Source of the DNA: Treponemataceae bacterium
Lineage (GTDB): Bacteria > Spirochaetota > Spirochaetia > Treponematales > Rectinemataceae
Assembly: GCA_963677895.2 (NCBI GenBank)
Contig: CAXXGJ010000038.1
Coordinates: 384,001-448,000 of the forward strand
DNA: 64,000 bases
Reading direction: 5' to 3'
The position numbers and the translations under genes were made by a program. Each line of letters opens with the position of its first letter. Positions within the stretch are counted from its first letter, which is position 1. The notes under the pieces were generated by a model. The model saw nothing but the letters and a program-made list of their open reading frames with translations. It was not told where the DNA came from and did not search any database. Shown here piece by piece: positions 40,588 to 50,767 of the stretch.

Positions 40588-40630
40588 GCTGCCTCCCATT
40601 CTCTCGCAATATAGAACCGCCAAGACAAGA

Positions 40631-40668
40631 AAGGGACCGTCCCCGGGTTATTTCCAGGACAGTCCCTT
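40631..40668 (-). terminator. Stem-loop after the TM2 gene
   Basis: Minus strand AAGGGACTGTCC-N14-GGACGGTCCCTT followed by a T-rich tract. Confidence 0.6.
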
Positions 40669-40694
40669 CAATTCGGGCAAAGAAAATTTCCGAC

Positions 40695-41225
40695 TCAGCC
40701 CAGATCCACGAAATCGGATTTGTTGTTGTCGGCGAACTCGGGGAAGTAGTAGACGACGACGCCGGAGGAGCGGACGCGGACTTCGGCCATGCCGTTCTTG
40801 GCGAGCTTGTCCAGCTCCTTGCGCGCCTCCTCCACTGAGATGTCGCCTTCGATGGCCACTTCGCCGGGGGTCACTTGTCCGCCGTTTTTCCGGGCAACCC
40901 TCAGGATGGTTTTTTCGGCCGGTTCCACGCGCCTGTAGGAAAGACCGTCGGTATGGAGGTACGGGTCCCTGGCGGCCGAGGAGCCTTGAGCGAGGAAGGC
41001 CTGGGCGTCGTTCCGCATATTGGCGTCCTGTACCTGCCGAGGCAGCGTGAAGAGGTCGTAGATGCATCCCACTCCGGCCAATCCGCCCGTGAGCAGCCAG
41101 ATAAAGCCCGTTCCGGCTTTGCCGAGATAGAATCTGTGCAAGCCCAAGGCTCCGCATCCGGAGATGGCCCAGAGCACGTAAGCGACGGGAAGGCTGTATT
41201 TCAAGGTAGTCCTCGTACGAGACAT
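40695..41225 (-). CDS. TM2/NINE-domain membrane protein with C-terminal winged-helix-like domain
   Basis: [35 protein letters not shown]-terminus [13 protein letters not shown]...VYYFPEF. Confidence 0.85.
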   Translation of the reverse strand: MSRTRTTLKYSLPVAYVLWAISGCGALGLHRFYLGKAGTGFIWLLTGGLAGVGCIYDLFTLPRQVQDANMRNDAQAFLAQGSSAARDPYLHTDGLSYRRVEPAEKTILRVARKNGGQVTPGEVAIEGDISVEEARKELDKLAKNGMAEVRVRSSGVVVYYFPEFADNNKSDFVDLG

Positions 41226-41369
41226 AAAAAGAATTATCTCACGTCTATAGTACCACATCGGGGAAGCGACCGACAACATCGAGGGGAAAAAATCCCGCCA
41301 CCGTATATAGATTTTATGCTTCAGACAGAGTATCATGCATAAAATTTGCATGCTCTTATGGAGATACCC

Positions 41370-42764
41370 ATGATTCCAACCGTGAAGGAACTTTTATCAT
41401 CGAAGCTCGAAGGCCAGCACGTCACCGTGAAGGGCTGGGTGCGCACGAAGAGGCAGACCAAATCCGCCGTGTTCGTGGAGATCAATGATGGTTCCTGCAT
41501 GACGAATATACAGTGCGTTTTCGACGAGGAGAAGGTCGCGAAGCCCGCCCTGGCCGCCGAATTCGAGCGTACGACGACGGGCGCCAGCGTCAGCGTCGAA
41601 GGGACGCTCATCGTCTCCCCCGGCACAGGCCAGAAGCTCGAAGTGAAGGCTTCCTCCCTGAAAGTCATAGGCGAAGCTCCGGCCGACACCTACCCCCTTC
41701 AGAAAAAAGCCCATTCCATGGAATTCCTCCGCGAGATGGCTCACTTGAGGCCGCGCACGAACACCTTCGGCGCCGTGGCCCGCGTCCGGAACAGGATGGC
41801 CTTCGCCGTTCACCAGTTCTTCCAGGAGCGGGGCTTCTTCTATGTGCACACGCCCCTCATAACGGCGTCGGACGCCGAGGGCGCCGGCGCGATGTTCCAG
41901 GTGACGACCCTCGACCTCGACCGCATCGCGGCGGCGGGTGGTCCGGTGGACTATGACAAGGATTTCTTCGGCAAGCCTGCCTTCCTCACGGTTTCGGGCC
42001 AGCTCAACGTCGAGACCTACTGTCAGTCCATGAACCGCGTCTATACCTTCGGGCCGACCTTCAGGGCCGAAAATTCCAACACGACGAGGCATCTTTCCGA
42101 GTTCTGGATGATTGAGCCGGAAATCGCCTTCGCCGAGCTGGAGGACGACATCGCCCTCGCGCGGGATTTCCTCCTCTACCTCGTCAAGGTCGCTCTCAAG
42201 GACTGTTCCGAGGATCTCGCCTTCTTCGACGCCCGGATCCAGCCTGGACTCATCGACGATCTCACGAAGGTCGCCAAGGGCTCCTTCTCGCGCATGACCT
42301 ACACCGAGGCCGTCAAGGAACTGGAAAAGCACAAGGGCGTCTTCGAATTCGACCCCTACTGGGGCTGCGACCTCCAGAGCGAGCACGAAAAGTTCCTCAC
42401 GGAAAAAGTGGTGGGCGGCCCACTCGTCGTCACCGATTATCCCAAGGAAATCAAGGCTTTCTACATGAAGCAGAATGACGATGGCAAGACCGTCGCCGCC
42501 ATGGATGTCCTCGTGCCACGTTTCGGCGAGATCATGGGCGGCTCCGAGCGCGAGTGGCGCCTCGACCTCCTGCAGAAGCGCATCGTAGACGGCGGCCTCA
42601 ACCTCGACTCCTACAAGTGGTACCTCGACCTGCGGCGCTTCGGCTCCACGCCCCACGCGGGATTCGGCCTGGGCTTCGAGCGGCTTTTGCTCTATGTCAC
42701 CGGCATGACCAATATCAGGGATGTCATTCCCTTCCCGAGAGCGCCCAGACAAGCGGATTTCTGA
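41370..42764 (+). CDS. asnS: Asparagine--tRNA ligase
   Basis: [51 protein letters not shown]. Confidence 0.97.
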   Translation: MIPTVKELLSSKLEGQHVTVKGWVRTKRQTKSAVFVEINDGSCMTNIQCVFDEEKVAKPALAAEFERTTTGASVSVEGTLIVSPGTGQKLEVKASSLKVIGEAPADTYPLQKKAHSMEFLREMAHLRPRTNTFGAVARVRNRMAFAVHQFFQERGFFYVHTPLITASDAEGAGAMFQVTTLDLDRIAAAGGPVDYDKDFFGKPAFLTVSGQLNVETYCQSMNRVYTFGPTFRAENSNTTRHLSEFWMIEPEIAFAELEDDIALARDFLLYLVKVALKDCSEDLAFFDARIQPGLIDDLTKVAKGSFSRMTYTEAVKELEKHKGVFEFDPYWGCDLQSEHEKFLTEKVVGGPLVVTDYPKEIKAFYMKQNDDGKTVAAMDVLVPRFGEIMGGSEREWRLDLLQKRIVDGGLNLDSYKWYLDLRRFGSTPHAGFGLGFERLLLYVTGMTNIRDVIPFPRAPRQADF

Positions 42765-42780
42765 GATTCCGGAAAACCCG

Positions 42781-44100
42781 ATGAATAACGACACACAAGC
42801 GATGCCCGAATTCCATGCGCGCGGGATGGCGAGGAAGGGAAAAGCGGCGACTAAAGCCTTGATGGCCGCCGTCGTCCTGGCCTTCATTTTAGCCATTCCC
42901 TTCAAACTGACGGCCCAGTCCAGCCGGCTTCCGGCCACCGAATCGGCGGGCATTTCACAGGCGCCCTCGGTGAACGCCCGCTCGGCTGTCCTCATCGACG
43001 CCAGGACGGGGACCCTTCTCTACGCCAAGAATCCCGACATTTCCCTGCCCCCCGCGAGCCTGACCAAGCTGGTCACGCTCCACCTCGTCTACGAGGAGAT
43101 AGCGGCCGGCCGCCTTTCGCCCGACGAACTTGTCGAGATCGACCGCAGGGACTGTTCGCCGATCGTCCCCTACGGCTCGTCGATCATGTATCTCCATCCC
43201 AAGATGAAGGTATCGATCCGCGACCTCATGCTCGGCGCGGCCGTGGTTTCGGGCAACGACGCCGCCTACGCCCTGGCGCGGCGAATCGCTGGCTCCAACG
43301 AGGCTTTCGCCGTGCTCATGAACAAGACGGTACAGGACATGGGTTTCGACCACCTGAAATTCGAGGAACCCTCGGGGCTCTCGGAATTCAACCTCGTCTC
43401 CGCCCGTCAATTCGCTTTATTCTGTAAAAAGTACCTGGAACTGCATCCACAGGCGCTGCAGGAGCTGCACTCGGTCAAGTCCATCGAGTTTCCCCGCGCC
43501 GAACACGCGGCGCCCGGCTTCGTGCCCGAAGGCAGGATCGTCCAATACAACCGCAATCCGCTGATATTCAGCTATCCGGGAGCCGACGGACTCAAGACCG
43601 GCTACATCATCGAAGTGGGTTTCAATATGGCCGCCACCGCCGAGCGCGACGGCACCCGTTTCATCGCCGTGACTCTCGGCGGCACGGGCTCGTCCTACGC
43701 GGGCGGGGGTCGTCAGCGCACGGCGGATACCACGCGTCTCCTCGACTGGGCTTTTGACAACTTTTCGACAATTAGTCTCGATCCGGGCGTCATACCGAGC
43801 CCCAGGACCTGGTTCGGCAATGTGAGAAGGGCCGAGCTCGTTCCCGCGAGGACGAATGCCGTCACCGTTCCGCGTTCGCAGTCCGAATCCCTGAGAATGC
43901 GCGTCGAGGTGCAGCCTTACGCCGACGCCCCTCTCGCGAAGGGCACGAAACTCGGCAGGATTGTCTACTCGCTGGGCCAGCGCGACGTTTCGGCCATCGA
44001 TCTCGTGACCTCGGCCGATATCCCCCACGGCAATATCTTCAGGCGCGCATGGGACGGCATCATGAAATTTTTCTCGGGTATTTTCGGGAAGAAGGCCTAA
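42781..44100 (+). CDS. dacA: D-alanyl-D-alanine carboxypeptidase (PBP5/S11)
   Basis: PASLTK (SxxK), SGNDA (SxN), GLKTGY (KTG); start uncertain. Confidence 0.9.
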   Translation: MNNDTQAMPEFHARGMARKGKAATKALMAAVVLAFILAIPFKLTAQSSRLPATESAGISQAPSVNARSAVLIDARTGTLLYAKNPDISLPPASLTKLVTLHLVYEEIAAGRLSPDELVEIDRRDCSPIVPYGSSIMYLHPKMKVSIRDLMLGAAVVSGNDAAYALARRIAGSNEAFAVLMNKTVQDMGFDHLKFEEPSGLSEFNLVSARQFALFCKKYLELHPQALQELHSVKSIEFPRAEHAAPGFVPEGRIVQYNRNPLIFSYPGADGLKTGYIIEVGFNMAATAERDGTRFIAVTLGGTGSSYAGGGRQRTADTTRLLDWAFDNFSTISLDPGVIPSPRTWFGNVRRAELVPARTNAVTVPRSQSESLRMRVEVQPYADAPLAKGTKLGRIVYSLGQRDVSAIDLVTSADIPHGNIFRRAWDGIMKFFSGIFGKKA

Positions 44101-44106
44101 TCGGCT

Positions 44107-44958
44107 TTAGCCGGAGATTCTCAGGCTGTCGCCCTCGTAGGCGGCGAAGCCTTCTTTGACGAGGGCTGAAGCGCATTTTTCGATGTTTTCGCGCGAAAAG
44201 GGAAGCGTCAGGTAAAGTTCTTCTATCTTCACTTTTTTGCTTTCGACGAGTCGCTTGAGGACGGCGCCCCGCACGCGCCTGAACGAGGTGGCGAAGGGCG
44301 CCTGCTTTTTATAGGCCGCGCCGCGCACCGAATGGTTGCCCTCGACCCGCTTGAGCTCGGAGCCGTAATCCATGAGGGCCGTGTACCAGCGACGCGGCGC
44401 GGTCGCGTCGAGAACCTGGGCCGCTATGCCTTCAAGAGCCCTGTCGGAGACGCCCGTCTCTTCGGGGAAAAAATGCTTTAAAAGAACGGTGCGGATATTG
44501 GTTTCCAGGAATACCGTCGGCCTGTCGAAGGCGAAGGCGAGTATCGCGCGGGAGGTATAGACGCCGATGCCCGGCAGGGAGCGCAGCGCGGCTTCGTCCT
44601 GGGGAACACGGCCTCCAAAATCCTTGGCGATGATCTGGCCGCTCCGGTGGAGGGCCAGCGCTCTTCTGTTGTAGCCGAGGCCGCTCCAGAACCGCAGGAC
44701 TTCGTCGGCGGGCGCCGCCGCGAGGCTTCCGATATCGGGGAAGCGTTCCATCCACGCAAGATACTTCGGGACTACCCTCGGTACCTGTGTCTGCTGAAGC
44801 ATCATCTCCGAAACCATGATCGCGTAAGGATCGGCGTCCCGCCTCCATGGCAGCTCACGCCAACAGGCGGCGGCGCTTTCATAGACGAGCGCCCGGAATG
44901 CCTCCGCTTCGCGGGCATCCATAGCGGGGAGGGCTTCCAGTGCGGTCTTATCTATCAT
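44107..44958 (-). CDS. mutY: MutY-like A/G-specific adenine glycosylase, short form without Fe-S cysteines
   Basis: LPWR, VSEMMLQQTQV, WSGLGYNRRA, LPGIGVYT, ETNIR, ALMDYG. Confidence 0.88.
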   Translation of the reverse strand: MIDKTALEALPAMDAREAEAFRALVYESAAACWRELPWRRDADPYAIMVSEMMLQQTQVPRVVPKYLAWMERFPDIGSLAAAPADEVLRFWSGLGYNRRALALHRSGQIIAKDFGGRVPQDEAALRSLPGIGVYTSRAILAFAFDRPTVFLETNIRTVLLKHFFPEETGVSDRALEGIAAQVLDATAPRRWYTALMDYGSELKRVEGNHSVRGAAYKKQAPFATSFRRVRGAVLKRLVESKKVKIEELYLTLPFSRENIEKCASALVKEGFAAYEGDSLRISG

Positions 44959-44988
44959 TGATGGATTTCCCGAAACGCTCTGCCGAGT

Positions 44989-45585
44989 TCAGGAATAGAT
45001 GTGCGCGAACTCGTGGAGAAGTTCTTCGGCCTTGGTTTTGCATTCCCCGCATACAGTGCCTATCTTGGTGGCTTCCTGAAGCTGATGCCAGTCCCTCGCT
45101 CCAGCCTTCACCGCCGTCTCGATGTCCTTATCGGTGATGTTGAGGCATTTGCAAATGACAGTGGCATCCTCGCCTTTGAACTCCCCCGCCCTGCCGTTCT
45201 TTTCCAGGTACTGGTCGATGGCCGCGCGCAGCGCTTTGTCGCCCAGAACCGAGCAGTGAATCTTGTTGTCGGGCAGTCCGCCCAGTTTCGCGGCTATGTC
45301 GGCCGGCTTGATGCCGTATGCCTGCCTGAGCTTCATGCCTTTGATGGATTCCGAAAGCATGGAGGTGCTGGCTATGGCCGAAGCGCAGCCATAGGTCTTC
45401 CAGCGCACGTCCGCGATTACGTCGTCTTTTATCTTGAGCATGAACATCATCTGGTCGCCGCATCGTATATTGCCCACAACCCCTTCGGCGTCGGCCTCAA
45501 AGGCCTCGTCGGGGTTGAAAACGTTCCTGGGATTCATGAAATGATCTTTTACGGTATCCGTATATAGCCACTGGAATGTATCCAT
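44989..45585 (-). CDS. nifU: Fe-S scaffold IscU/NifU N-domain fused to a BFD-like [2Fe-2S] domain
   Basis: DHFMNPRN, CGDQM, YGCASAIAS, KIHCS; then ICKC...CGEC; SD AAGGAG before ATG 45585. Confidence 0.9.
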   Translation of the reverse strand: MDTFQWLYTDTVKDHFMNPRNVFNPDEAFEADAEGVVGNIRCGDQMMFMLKIKDDVIADVRWKTYGCASAIASTSMLSESIKGMKLRQAYGIKPADIAAKLGGLPDNKIHCSVLGDKALRAAIDQYLEKNGRAGEFKGEDATVICKCLNITDKDIETAVKAGARDWHQLQEATKIGTVCGECKTKAEELLHEFAHIYS

Positions 45586-45631
45586 AGCATTCTCCTTTTC
45601 GCTGTTTTTCACGTGTTGTTTCAGGCGGCGA

Positions 45632-46822
45632 TCAATTGACGGCCGCGGTCTCGGTCGCCGACACCGTCGACATTCTCCTGAGCCTTTCGATGATCGGGGG
45701 CAATTTCTCGATCACATAACGCACTTCTTCCTCGGTCGTGTACTTGCCCAGCGAAAAGCGGATCGAACCATGGGCCAGTTCGGGTCCGACGCCCGTCGCG
45801 AGGAGAACATGGGAGGGTTCGAGACTGCCCGAAGCGCAGGCCGAACCCGTGGAAACCTGGATGCCTTCCAGGTCCAGCGACAGAAGGATGGATTCGCCCT
45901 CGGCGCCGGGGAAGGAGATATTCAAGGTATTGGGCAGCACTTCCGTCGGATGTCCATTCACTTTCACGTGAGGAATCCTGGCCACGAGGCCGTCCTTGAG
46001 CATGGCGCGAAGGGAACGCAGCCTGGCGGAAAACTCCGGCAGGTCCTTGAGCGCGAGTTCGGCCGCTTTGCCGAACCCTATGATGCCGAGGTTGTTGTAG
46101 GTGCCCGCCCTCACGCCGTTTTCCTGGTGTCCGCCGCGTATGAGCGGGACGATGGGCGATCGAGGCCTGACATAGAGGGCGCCGATGCCTTTCGGTCCAT
46201 AGATTTTATGGCAGGACATGGTGAGGTAATCCACGCCCCAGTCTTCGACGGAGACCGAGATCTTGCCGATCGCCTGGGTGGCATCGGTATGGACGTAGGC
46301 TCCGACGGCTTTCGCCATTTTAGCTATCGTCTTGATGTCCTCGACGGTACCGATTTCGTTATTGGCGGCCATCACCGACACGAGGAGCGTATCAGGGGTG
46401 AGTTCCTTCCTGTACGCTTCCATGTCGACTCTTCCATAGGCGTCCACGGGAAGGTAGACGACGGGGAATCCTTCAGAAGCCAGATAGGCCGCGGAATTCA
46501 TGACGCAGGGATGCTCGATCGACGTCGTGATGATCTTCCTGCGGGAAGGCGTTCTGCGTCCAATATCGTACATCGTCATGAAAACCGTGTTGTTGGATTC
46601 GGAGCCGCCCGAAGTGAAATAGACGGAAGAGGAATCGGCCGCGCCGATGATCGCCGCCACGGATGCCCTGGCCTGCTCTATTTCGGCCCGAGCCCGTCTG
46701 CCCGCCTCATGCATGCTCGAAGCGTTGGCGTATATATCGAGCGCCTTTACCATGATGTCCTTGACCTCGGGTCGCAAGGGAGTCGTGGCGTTGTAATCCA
46801 TGTACACGAAATGCTGGGGCAT
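45632..46822 (-). CDS. iscS: Cysteine desulfurase (IscS/NifS)
   Basis: YMDYNATTP, HTDATQ, SCHKIYGPKG, STGSACASG. Confidence 0.95.
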   Translation of the reverse strand: MPQHFVYMDYNATTPLRPEVKDIMVKALDIYANASSMHEAGRRARAEIEQARASVAAIIGAADSSSVYFTSGGSESNNTVFMTMYDIGRRTPSRRKIITTSIEHPCVMNSAAYLASEGFPVVYLPVDAYGRVDMEAYRKELTPDTLLVSVMAANNEIGTVEDIKTIAKMAKAVGAYVHTDATQAIGKISVSVEDWGVDYLTMSCHKIYGPKGIGALYVRPRSPIVPLIRGGHQENGVRAGTYNNLGIIGFGKAAELALKDLPEFSARLRSLRAMLKDGLVARIPHVKVNGHPTEVLPNTLNISFPGAEGESILLSLDLEGIQVSTGSACASGSLEPSHVLLATGVGPELAHGSIRFSLGKYTTEEEVRYVIEKLPPIIERLRRMSTVSATETAAVN

Positions 46823-46825
46823 GAT

Positions 46826-47254
46826 TTATTCTCCTTCTATTTTGCCGATGGCGATGAAGTGATCTTCCGCGAGATCCCCAAGCGATACCGACGAGAGATA
46901 GCCGTCCACCGCGTCCTTGAGACCGAGCCAGAATTTGCGCGGCATGCAGATGGCTCCCATGGAACAGACATTCCTATCGTCGACGCACTCCACGGGCCGG
47001 ACTTCGCCTTCCGTCGCCCTGACGATGTCGATCATTTTAATGTCCGAGGCTTCGCGCGACAGATGGTAGCCGCCCGAACGTCCTCTGTCCGAAATGACGA
47101 TGCCCGCCAATTTCAGTTGACTGAGGATTCCTTCAAGGTATTTGGGGGAGATCGCTTCCGCTTCGGCTATTTTCGAGGCGCTGTCGCCGCCCTTGCGGGC
47201 CAGATGCACTAAAGCCCTGATGGCGTACTGGGTTTTGACAGGGACTTGGAACAT
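46826..47254 (-). CDS. Rrf2-family regulator (IscR-like, three Cys)
   Basis: TQYAIRAL, ISPKYLEGIL, RGRSGGYHL, ECVDDRNVCSMGAIC. Confidence 0.92.
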   Translation of the reverse strand: MFQVPVKTQYAIRALVHLARKGGDSASKIAEAEAISPKYLEGILSQLKLAGIVISDRGRSGGYHLSREASDIKMIDIVRATEGEVRPVECVDDRNVCSMGAICMPRKFWLGLKDAVDGYLSSVSLGDLAEDHFIAIGKIEGE

Positions 47255-47273
47255 CGAGGCTGTTTTCTCCTTA

Positions 47274-47322
47274 ATTCCTATGGGAATACTAGGAATATGC
47301 CATAGCGGAGAAAAACAGTCAA
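47274..47322 (-). promoter_or_regulatory. Promoter TTGACT-N17-CATATT overlapped by palindrome ATTCCTA-N9-TAGGAAT (likely Rrf2 operator)
   Basis: Palindrome 47274-47296; -10 at 47294-47299; -35 at 47317-47322. Confidence 0.7.
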
Positions 47323-47344
47323 GAGAAAAGACGGATAGTTCGGC

Positions 47345-48517
47345 CTATTTCAGAAGTTCCACGTGATCGAAGCCTCTCGTGCAGGAGAGTTCGTCGAACA
47401 CGAAGCCATAGCCTGTGCTTCCCGCTGGCCTCGAGAAATCGCCGCCGGAGGCGATCGACTCGGCGAGTATCTTGCCCACGCCGGGCCCCATCATGAAGCC
47501 CTGGCCGCACATCCCGACCGCCTGGAGGAAGTTTTTCGCCTTTTCTGGATAACCGATGATAGGAAGGCCGTCGGGCGTCATCGGATACATGCCGCGCCAG
47601 GTGCGCCTCACCCTCAGGTTGCGCAGGCGCGGATAGAGTTCGAGCATGCGCCGCGCGCAGAGCGGAAGGAAGCTCGACGTGGAGCCCTTGTCCCTGCCCC
47701 ATATCTGCGGCCGCGGGGTGATGCAGAAGACAACCTGTCCCGTGCCCGCCTGATAGAAATAGTAGTTGCCGGATTCGGAATCAGGCCTGATGTCCACGAC
47801 CATGGGTTCCATGAAGCGCTGCACGGGCTCGGTGACGCCCGCCTCATGGCAGTCTGGGTGGATCGGGATGTCCACGCCGGCCAGGCTGGCCAGGTCGGCG
47901 GCCTCGGCGCCCGCGGCGTTTATGAAGAGCGGAGCGCTCCAGGTTTCGCCGCCCGCCGACAGGCTCGTGACCCGATCCGCTTCCATATTCACGCTCTCGA
48001 TTCTCGTGTTGAAGAAGAAATCGACGCCCGCGGCCATCGCCAGCTTGTGATAGGCCGTGCCCGCCATCAGGGGAGAGGCGAAACCGTCCCCGGGGCTGAA
48101 GGTGCCGCCGAGCAGGCCATCGCGGCGGATGCCCGGCGACAGCCTTTCCACGACATCGGGGCCGACCCAGTCTATGTCCAGTCCCGCTTCCTTCTGCAAT
48201 TTCAGGAGATTGAGGAAGGAAGCGCGCGTGGCTTCGTCGTAAGCTACGTAGAGATAGCCGCCCTTCAGCCATTCGATGTCGAGACCGTGCTCTTCCTTCA
48301 TGGTCGATACGATCTTGATGGATTCTAGGCAAATCCTGATTTTGGCGGCGTCGGAGTGGGTCGCGCGCAGGCCGCCGATGGCCGCCCGGTTCTGTCCCCT
48401 GCCCCAGGAGGCTTCCTGGTCGATGACCGCCACCTTGAGACCGCGCTCGGCGAGCTGCCATGAGAGAGGGACGCCGATCGAGCCGGCGCCGGCTATCACG
48501 ATATCGTATGTTTTCAC
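47345..48517 (-). CDS. FAD-dependent amino-acid oxidase/dehydrogenase subunit (DAO / sarcosine oxidase beta-like)
   Basis: IVIAGAGSIG, FINAAG, WRGMYPMTPDGLPIIG, GMCGQGFMMGPGVG. Confidence 0.88.
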   Translation of the reverse strand: MKTYDIVIAGAGSIGVPLSWQLAERGLKVAVIDQEASWGRGQNRAAIGGLRATHSDAAKIRICLESIKIVSTMKEEHGLDIEWLKGGYLYVAYDEATRASFLNLLKLQKEAGLDIDWVGPDVVERLSPGIRRDGLLGGTFSPGDGFASPLMAGTAYHKLAMAAGVDFFFNTRIESVNMEADRVTSLSAGGETWSAPLFINAAGAEAADLASLAGVDIPIHPDCHEAGVTEPVQRFMEPMVVDIRPDSESGNYYFYQAGTGQVVFCITPRPQIWGRDKGSTSSFLPLCARRMLELYPRLRNLRVRRTWRGMYPMTPDGLPIIGYPEKAKNFLQAVGMCGQGFMMGPGVGKILAESIASGGDFSRPAGSTGYGFVFDELSCTRGFDHVELLK

Positions 48518-50634
48518 GGTGCCCCCCTGGAACCCGCGTCCTTGCCGCCCAGTTTGGAGAGGCCTTCGTTGACGACCTCGCCCATCGGCACTTCCATGAA
48601 GAGAGGCCGCAGCGAGCCCGGCTCGACCTCGGCGAGATTCACGCCCGCGAGCTTGAAGGCTCTTCCCACGAGCTGGGAACAGGTCTTGGCGCCGCAGGCG
48701 CCCATGCCCACCCTCAGCGTCTTGAGCTGATTGATGTCCCTGACATCGTTTTCCTTGATGAACCGAATCAGTTCGCCCAAGGTGACGCGCTCGCAGCGGC
48801 AGACATAGGCGTCGGTGTCGACGCAGCCCGATTCGGTCACAGGCGTACCTTCCGACACTTCCGGTCCCTGGACCCTGATGCCGGCTATGCTCGACGCGTT
48901 GCGCAAGGATGTCCTGAAGGTGAGGAGCCAGGTGTTCTTCTTCGCGTTCCGTTTCCGCGATACCAGGGGGGCGCGTTCCAGGAAAGCGCCTTCCTGTCCC
49001 ACCAGGTCCATCATCGTGCCGTCGGGAAAGTCGGCGGCGAATTCCCAGGGCAGGATGACTTCGGCCGCGTCATCCGCCACTCTTCGTATGAGGCTGACGG
49101 CCAGACCGGGGCAGATCGACACGCAGGAGAGGCAGCCGATGCACTTCGTCCCGTCGAAATAGGGCAGATCGAGGAGGTTATGACGAACCGGTCTCAGCTT
49201 GATGGCCGAGGTCGGGCAGACCGTCGTGCAGGGATTGCATGGAATCTCCTCGGAACAGAAGAAGACGGGGCTCCATTTGGCTTCGGGGAGAACCGGGCTT
49301 CTCGAGAACACGTCTCCCGGCCGCGATTTGAGGACATCGCGCTTGGGAATCCATGTCGGATCTATTTCTATCCTTTTGCCTAGCATCCTGGCCAGGGCGA
49401 AGGCCGCGATCCTGCCGCCGAACATCGCGCTGGAAGCTTCGGCGATCTCCTCGGCGTCGCCGGCCGCCACGGCGAGAATGCCGTAGCTCTGCGCCTGCCT
49501 CAGAAATTCGTCGCAGGACGCGAGGCCAGTGGCGATGAGGACGGTATCGACATCGTGGGCGACAGCGGTCCCGGGAATTGGCCTGAAATTGTCGTCCACC
49601 TTGGAGACGAGAGCCCTGGTCACCCTGCCCTGATCCGATCCCTCGCTTTCGGCCCTCAGGATCGTCGTGTTGAGGTGGATGGGAACGCCCATGCGGCGGA
49701 TCTTGTCGGCGTGGACCTTGTAGCCGGTGATCCGGCCAGCCACCTCGACGATGCCCGCCACCTGAATCCCCGCCTGGAGGGCATGATAGGCGGCGATGAG
49801 GCCGACGTTGCCCGATCCTACGATGAGAAGCTTCTTGGAAGCCGCGACGAGATCGCGGTTGACGAGGGTCTGGAAGGCCCCGGCGCCGTAGACGCCGGGC
49901 AGATCGTTGCCCGGGAAGAGGATGCTTTTCTCGCGGGCGCCCGCCGCCACGACCAGGGCCGTGAACTCGACAAGGAGGTAGGAGGAGTAATCCTTGTAGA
50001 CGCCCGCCTTTCTGTCCTTGAAGATGGCGACGACGGGGGCGTTCCTCAGGATGGTGACGTTGGGCAATTTTTTCAGTTTGTCTTCGAGCTTGCTGGCGAT
50101 CTCGATGCCGCGAACGCCGGCGTAGCAATCTTCCTCCGAGCCGAAGAATTTGTGGGTCTGGAGCACCAGTTTGCCGCCCAACTTTTCCTTGTCGTCGGCT
50201 ATGATGACCTGGAATCCCATCTTGCCCAACTCCAGGGCGGCGGAAAGGCCAGAGGGCCCTCCCCCGATCACGAGGATGTCGGTGCGTATCGTGCGTCGTT
50301 CGGCTTGCTGCAATGGGGCGTCCATGGCCGGAAGCGCGGGAAGCCCCACGAGGGTGCGTACATCCATGCCCTCCGCGAGGGGCGTGACGCATGACTTGCG
50401 GGGGATGCCATCGATCAGGACCGTGCATTGCGAACACTGACCGTTCGCGCAGAACAGGCCCTGGGGAGCCCCGTCCTTGGGATGCAGGGAAAAGCGGGAG
50501 ATTCCGAGAGCCACGAGGGAGGACGCGACGGGTTCGCCCGCTATTCCGGACGCTGGCTTTCCGTCAAAAAAAAAGCCGACTTCCTTCACCCCTTCGGGTA
50601 TCGGAAGCACGGGATGCGTGACGATTCTAGACAT
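48514..50634 (-). CDS. Multidomain FAD/Fe-S oxidoreductase ([2Fe-2S] + pyridine nucleotide-disulfide + ferredoxin + BFD-like)
   Basis: FCANGQCSQC...SC; GGGPSG; GSGNVG; CNPCTTVCP, CIGCLSCVSICP; CRCE...GACGAKTC. Confidence 0.88.
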   Translation of the reverse strand: MSRIVTHPVLPIPEGVKEVGFFFDGKPASGIAGEPVASSLVALGISRFSLHPKDGAPQGLFCANGQCSQCTVLIDGIPRKSCVTPLAEGMDVRTLVGLPALPAMDAPLQQAERRTIRTDILVIGGGPSGLSAALELGKMGFQVIIADDKEKLGGKLVLQTHKFFGSEEDCYAGVRGIEIASKLEDKLKKLPNVTILRNAPVVAIFKDRKAGVYKDYSSYLLVEFTALVVAAGAREKSILFPGNDLPGVYGAGAFQTLVNRDLVAASKKLLIVGSGNVGLIAAYHALQAGIQVAGIVEVAGRITGYKVHADKIRRMGVPIHLNTTILRAESEGSDQGRVTRALVSKVDDNFRPIPGTAVAHDVDTVLIATGLASCDEFLRQAQSYGILAVAAGDAEEIAEASSAMFGGRIAAFALARMLGKRIEIDPTWIPKRDVLKSRPGDVFSRSPVLPEAKWSPVFFCSEEIPCNPCTTVCPTSAIKLRPVRHNLLDLPYFDGTKCIGCLSCVSICPGLAVSLIRRVADDAAEVILPWEFAADFPDGTMMDLVGQEGAFLERAPLVSRKRNAKKNTWLLTFRTSLRNASSIAGIRVQGPEVSEGTPVTESGCVDTDAYVCRCERVTLGELIRFIKENDVRDINQLKTLRVGMGACGAKTCSQLVGRAFKLAGVNLAEVEPGSLRPLFMEVPMGEVVNEGLSKLGGKDAGSRGAP

Positions 50635-50668
50635 TATTCTCCTCACAGAAAACTAAACCAGATAACGC

Positions 50669-50751
50669 AGGCTATAGCCACTCCGCCAGGCTGTCAAGGA
50701 AGAAAAGAGGATCGTTTTTAGCTTGCGAATTGTAATTTGCTACTATACGAT
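50669..50751. promoter_or_regulatory. Back-to-back sigma70 promoters: minus TTGACA-N17-TAGCCT (50697-50669); plus TTGCGA-N17-TACGAT (50723-50751)
   Basis: Read directly from the sequence; both spacers are 17 bp. Confidence 0.6.
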
Positions 50752-50767
50752 AGGTTATGGAGGCACA

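Noticed and set aside
41334..41354. CATGCA-N7-TGCATG upstream of asnS, with a similar CATAAAAAATTGCATGCT at 15366-15383
   Set aside because: Short and AT-rich; spacing does not fit an ARG box; could be chance.
41397..42995. 532 aa minus-strand ORF
   Set aside because: Antisense to asnS; shadow ORF.
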